Shown in pieces: positions 60,285-64,000 of a DNA stretch of 64,000 nucleotides. Origin of the DNA: an uncultured Actinomycetota bacterium. Its GTDB lineage: Bacteria; Actinomycetota; Actinomycetes; Propionibacteriales; Propionibacteriaceae. Location: contig CAWJUB010000017.1 of the NCBI GenBank assembly GCA_963845915.1, positions 6,838 to 70,837 on the forward strand, in the 5' to 3' direction. How positions within the stretch are numbered: position 1 is the stretch's first letter; the number at the start of each line of letters is the position of its first letter. The notes under the pieces are model-generated. The model was not told the DNA's origin. It did no database searches and was given only the letters and a program-made list of their open reading frames with translations. The translations under genes were made by a program, and so were the position numbers.

Positions 60285-61252
60285 AGGATCTGCACCTTCT
60301 TGATTTGCCGGTACAAGGCGACGGAGATCACGATCAAGACGAGAGTCATCAGGAAGGCGATCGCCACACCGGGGCCGGTCTGGAAGTTCTGGAACACCGT
60401 GACGTAGGAAAGCACGACCAGCGTCTGCGTGGCATTCACCGGTCCGCCGCCGGTCAGCAGGAAGATCGTGGGGAAGTCGTTCACGCAGAAGATGGTCATC
60501 AAGATCCAGCTGATGTAGGTCGATCGCGAGATCATCGGCAAGGTGATGTTCGTGAGTGTGTTCCACTTGCTCGCACCATCGACTTTGGCGGCCTCGTAGA
60601 CGTTGTTGTCCACCGACTCGAGGGCGGCGGCCATCATCATCATCATGAACGGGAAGCTGATCCAGACCTTGAAGACGCAGACCGTAATCTTCGCCAGCAA
60701 GGGATCGGCCAGGAAGAGGACGTTGCCCAGTCCCAATGCCTCGGCCAGGATCGGCAGCGGGCTCTGGGGGGTGGCAACCAGCCAGTTCCACGCGGTCGCG
60801 GAAACCACGACCGGGACCACCCACGGAAGCAGGAGCAGGAGCTTGAAGGTGTTCTTGACGGGGAACCGGGTCTTGAGCAGAAGGGCGAGTGCGAGACCGA
60901 CGAACCAACTGCCGAACACGCCGACCAGCGTGAAGACCACCGTGAAACGGGCCGCCGCCCAGAAGGTTGGATCGGTCAGTACATCAGCGTAGTTCTGCAA
61001 GCCGACGAAGTCGCCAGCATCGATCAAGCTGCCGTCCCGCAAGCTCTGCCATCCCGCATAGATCACCGGATAGAGGTTGATGAGCAGCACCAGGAACAGC
61101 GCAGGCGCGGCGAAGGCGCCCAGCGTCAACGGACTCGCGCCGGGTCGCCGGGTCTTGCGCGGCGCCAGTGGTGGTCCGGAGCCGCGGACCGCGACGCCCG
61201 TTCGCGCTCGAGTCAGGCCCTGTCCGGCGGTAGAAGTCGACATTTGGCTCAC
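60281..61252 (-). CDS. Sugar ABC transporter permease (MalF-type)
   Basis: 323 aa with 6 TM helices and the EAA region VYEAAKVDGASKWNTLTNITLPM. Confidence 0.85.
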   Translation of the reverse strand: MSQMSTSTAGQGLTRARTGVAVRGSGPPLAPRKTRRPGASPLTLGAFAAPALFLVLLINLYPVIYAGWQSLRDGSLIDAGDFVGLQNYADVLTDPTFWAAARFTVVFTLVGVFGSWFVGLALALLLKTRFPVKNTFKLLLLLPWVVPVVVSATAWNWLVATPQSPLPILAEALGLGNVLFLADPLLAKITVCVFKVWISFPFMMMMMAAALESVDNNVYEAAKVDGASKWNTLTNITLPMISRSTYISWILMTIFCVNDFPTIFLLTGGGPVNATQTLVVLSYVTVFQNFQTGPGVAIAFLMTLVLIVISVALYRQIKKVQIL

Positions 61253-61342
61253 CTCATCGGCTGCGGGCGCGACCCAGTCGCGGCCATAGCCGTGCGTCGC
61301 TCGGGTGTTGGATTTGTCAGGATCGGCTGGGGAAGCACGTCA

Positions 61343-62672
61343 TCACTTCATGGTGGCCTTGACGTCAGCCTGAAGCTTCGTCAAGGCCGACTTGGCGTCT
61401 GTTTTCCCACTGAGGATCGACTGGGTGAAGGTGTTCATCGCTGGGGTCGCGTCGACCGTCGTCACATTCAGGAAGTTGGCCCCCCCGCCCGGGGCGGCCC
61501 ACGTCTTGGCAATGGGCTCGCCACTCCTCAATGATGCGAACCTTGTCCTTGTCGGCTTGGAACTCCTTGGTCTTGCTGATCGACTTGAGCGGCGGCAGTC
61601 CGATGCCGGTGTTCTGGGTCCAGAGCGGGGCCATGTTCTGGTAGTAGTAGGTAAGAAAAGCCTCGCTGCCTTTGATGCTCGGATTGTTCTTGTACATCAT
61701 GATGTTGTTGGGGAAGTAGAGGGCGCCCTTCTTCCCCGAGGGTGACGTGAGTGGGCTGATGACGGCAATGTCCTTAGCCACGTCCCCACCGAGGTTGTCG
61801 GCCAGACCGCCCGTGTCGTAGCCGAGTCCGAACTTCTTGGCCTTCCACTGGGTCTGCACGTTTGCGCTGGTGTAGGTGGAGCTGGCCGGGTCGACATAGC
61901 CCTTCGACACCATCTCGAGGACGAAGTTCACAGCCTCGATGTTCTCCGGCGTGACACAGTTCGGCTGCTTCTGCTCATCGAAGAGTCCACCACCGTTGTT
62001 GATCATCCAGCAGACTATTGCGTGCTGTCCGGTGTAGGCGCCGGCCCCTGCTCCCGTGCCGTACCCGTAGACGCTATTCTTCTTCAGCGCTTCGGCCGCG
62101 TCCAGGTAGGACTGCCAGTCCGTCGGCACCTTGGCCCCGGCCTGGTCGAAGAGAACCTTATTGGCCCAGATCACTCGCATATCGAGGTTGTACGGGATCG
62201 CCGCGTAGCCCTTCTCCACCTTCAGGGTGTCGATCAATCCCGGCAGGAAGTCGTCATACAGCCCGTTCTGCTTCCAGGTGGCGTACAGCTCGTCGACGTA
62301 GGCGATCCCGCCTTGCGCCTCGTACTGGAAGACCTGCGTTCCGCCCCCGGAGCTGACCGCCGGGTTGGTCTTGGAGGCCACCGCCGATGCGAACGTCTGG
62401 TTGAAGTTCGCCCACTGGATGACCTGGTAGGTCACGGCGGGCAGACCGGCTTCTGGCTTGTACGCCTCGGTGATCTTCTGGTCCAACGGATTGAACGCGG
62501 TTTGACCCCAAGGCATGTTCCAGAACTTGATCGGCTCGGTGCTGCCACCACCTCCGGCACCTCCACCGCCACCGCCACCGCCACCGCATCCGGCCAGCAC
62601 GGCCGGCCCGGCGACCGCAGCTGCGCTCAGCGCCAAGAAAGAACGACGTGTCAAACCTGACTTGCTTACCAT
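61343..62672 (-). pseudogene. Sugar ABC transporter substrate-binding lipoprotein, one frameshift near the 3' end
   Basis: It has a Tat/lipobox signal (TRRSFLALSAAAVAGPAVLAGC) followed by a poly-Gly linker. The break near 61522 separates ..KVRIIEEW from GEPIAKTWAAPGGGANFLNV..ADVKATMK*. Confidence 0.8.
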
Positions 62673-62849
62673 CAGATGGGCCCCTTTGCTCAGACAGACA
62701 TAACGATTTGGCGGGTCTTGCTGAATTTGCTCTCAGTGGATCATCACGTCTTCGGCCAGCGTTGCCCTGAAGGCTTCGTTGACGATCGGCGCATGACGCC
62801 CCAGCTCGAGCGAAGGTAAGGTGGCCGCTCCAGACCCGTCGAGAGTTCT

Positions 62850-63790
62850 GGTAGCGTGCGAAACTTCCGTTCTTGGAAGCACAGTAGGCCCCCACCTTCG
62901 TCGCGTCAACGTGTTCGTCAAGGTGCTTGACAGACACCTGGAAGCCGCTTCCCTTAGTCGTATTCGGTCCAAGGCCATGATGGATCGAGCATCGAAATAC
63001 TTCGAGTTACTCGGCATGTGCCACCTGGCCCACCAATGGTCAGCCAGTTCTGCCGGGGGGCGGCGGTTGATCGACCTGGTATTCACTGCCCTGGACAGCC
63101 CGTACTCAGTCGAGATCCTGCGAGGGGTCACGTCGAGCCCTATGGATGTCGTGGTCGTCGATGCCGGACCCTTCCGACTCGCGGCCGTGGTCAAGTGGAC
63201 TCGCCTCCGCCGGACGGTCCGGGGCCATCATCTTCGCTTCCTCACTGAACCCGTTGGATCAACACATCCTCGACCACGCTCACGTTTCCGTACGTGTTGA
63301 TCGATCCGGACGCCAAGTTGCCAGAGCCTAGCGTCGCCACCGTGGTGGGCCGGCGGGGGCTCTCGACGGTGCGGCATCTGCTCGGGCTTGGTCACCGGCG
63401 GATCGCCGTGATCGATAGATCGGTCGCGATGCTGTGCAGCCGCGCCCGCATCGACGGGTACCGCGCCGTACTGGAGTCTGCGGGCGTCGAGGTTGACCCG
63501 GCTCTGATCCGTGACGGCAGGCGGACTTGGAAAGCCAGCGCGGGTGAGGCTGGTCAGGATGCCGCTTGCTTGACAGGTTCCAGCACACGGAGCGATTGTG
63601 GCTACGCAACCATGTTCTGGGATGGACCGCATCGGTTGCTGGACGCCGATTCGGCGGTGGCGACGGACCTGAGGCTGGGCGGGCTATGGGTCTCCGGGCT
63701 GAGGGATACTCCGGGGCGATGACATCGGGAGGGACACTTGCCTGGCGCTGAAGGCGTGTCCAGCGCACCGCGACGGTGGCTCGAGGTCAC
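62850..63790 (+). pseudogene. LacI-family regulator, heavily frame-disrupted
   Basis: The pieces ..VNVFVKVLDR..SRIRSKAMMDRASKY.., ..RRLIDLVFTALDSPYSVEILRGV.., ..GAIIFASSLNPLDQHILDHAHV.. and ..VLIDPDAKLPEPSVATVVGRRGLSTVRHLLGLGHRRIAVID..IDGYRAVLESAGVEVDPALIRDG.. lie in different frames. They are collinear with the intact LacI at 44483..45559. The boundaries are approximate. Confidence 0.55.
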
Positions 63791-64000
63791 CGGATCTGCC
63801 GAGCTGCGGGCGGCGGTCGACCGGGTCATCCCGGCCGACGAATGGCCCGGGGGGTGGGAGGGTGGTGTCGGAGCAATACCTGGCCGAGTACGGCACCGAG
63901 CTGCGATGGGCTCTGGATGCGATGGAGCGGCTTGTCGATGAGCTCAAGCGGCGAGGCTTTGCTGTGGCGGAGCCCGACGAGCAGGACCGTGTTCTGCGGG
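63770..64000 (+). pseudogene. Gluconate 2-dehydrogenase subunit 3-like protein, 3'-partial at the window end, one frameshift
   Basis: ..RRWLEVTGSAELRAAVDRVIPADEWPGGWEGGV continues in another frame as EQYLAEYGTELRWALDAMERLVDELKRRGF... The DR.IPAD..PG...GV pattern is what I recall for that family. This is a weak call. Confidence 0.3.

Noticed and set aside
59400-60908. The 502-aa version of the MalG-type permease ORF.
   Set aside because: The N-terminal ~205 residues are Arg/Pro/Asp-rich and completely overlap the upstream permease gene. An ATG at 60284 with an ATGA overlap gives a normal 295-aa permease.
60305-61534. A 409-aa plus-strand ORF.
   Set aside because: It is antisense to the MalF-type permease and the end of the binding-protein gene. 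It is highly charged (D/E/R/H/G-rich) low-complexity sequence.

Overview
This is a 64-kb segment of a high-GC actinobacterial chromosome. All calls come from reading the sequence and ORF track by eye; family names are from memory, with no searches run.

The left part (1-27 kb) is mostly ordinary. It holds:
- an mhq-like hydroquinone operon (maleylacetate reductase, VOC ring-cleaving dioxygenase, carboxylesterase);
- a DevS/DevR (DosS/DosR)-type two-component pair next to a PPOX-family gene;
- a phasin-XRE-phaC operon;
- an AraC/DUF1772 pair and a MEDS-domain anti-sigma-like protein;
- a LolA/RseB-like protein with an ABC-2 exporter;
- a TetR/GNAT pair.

From about 27 kb the window becomes a mosaic:
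- A tRNA-Gly(CCC) is flanked by a truncated aldo/keto reductase, a visibly higher-GC S9 peptidase gene and a P-loop kinase.
- A tyrosine-recombinase gene is split by an intact IS630-family element, with a TA duplication in a CTAG target.
- Short fragments of zwf, a DUF1537 kinase and a GH5 gene follow.
- Next come LacI-controlled sugar ABC loci with xylA, a degraded DUF1537-kinase/PdxA2 module, and an oxidative sugar-acid gene set.
- A second very high-GC module (Zn-ADH plus a clan GH-A hydrolase) is bracketed by integrase and IS3 scars.
- The window ends with a P450 and another ABC sugar locus.

The dominant feature is about 40 reading-frame breaks (my manual count) in about 27 otherwise recognisable genes. 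Either the assembly carries many indel errors or the region is in heavy decay.

I saw no rRNA, no CRISPR array and no clearly novel multi-gene system. The best follow-up candidates are the XRE-regulated PHA locus, a shared AAGTTTCG operator motif, a REP-like hairpin family, the mobile-element-bracketed high-GC module, and the PdxA-epimerase chimeric ORF.
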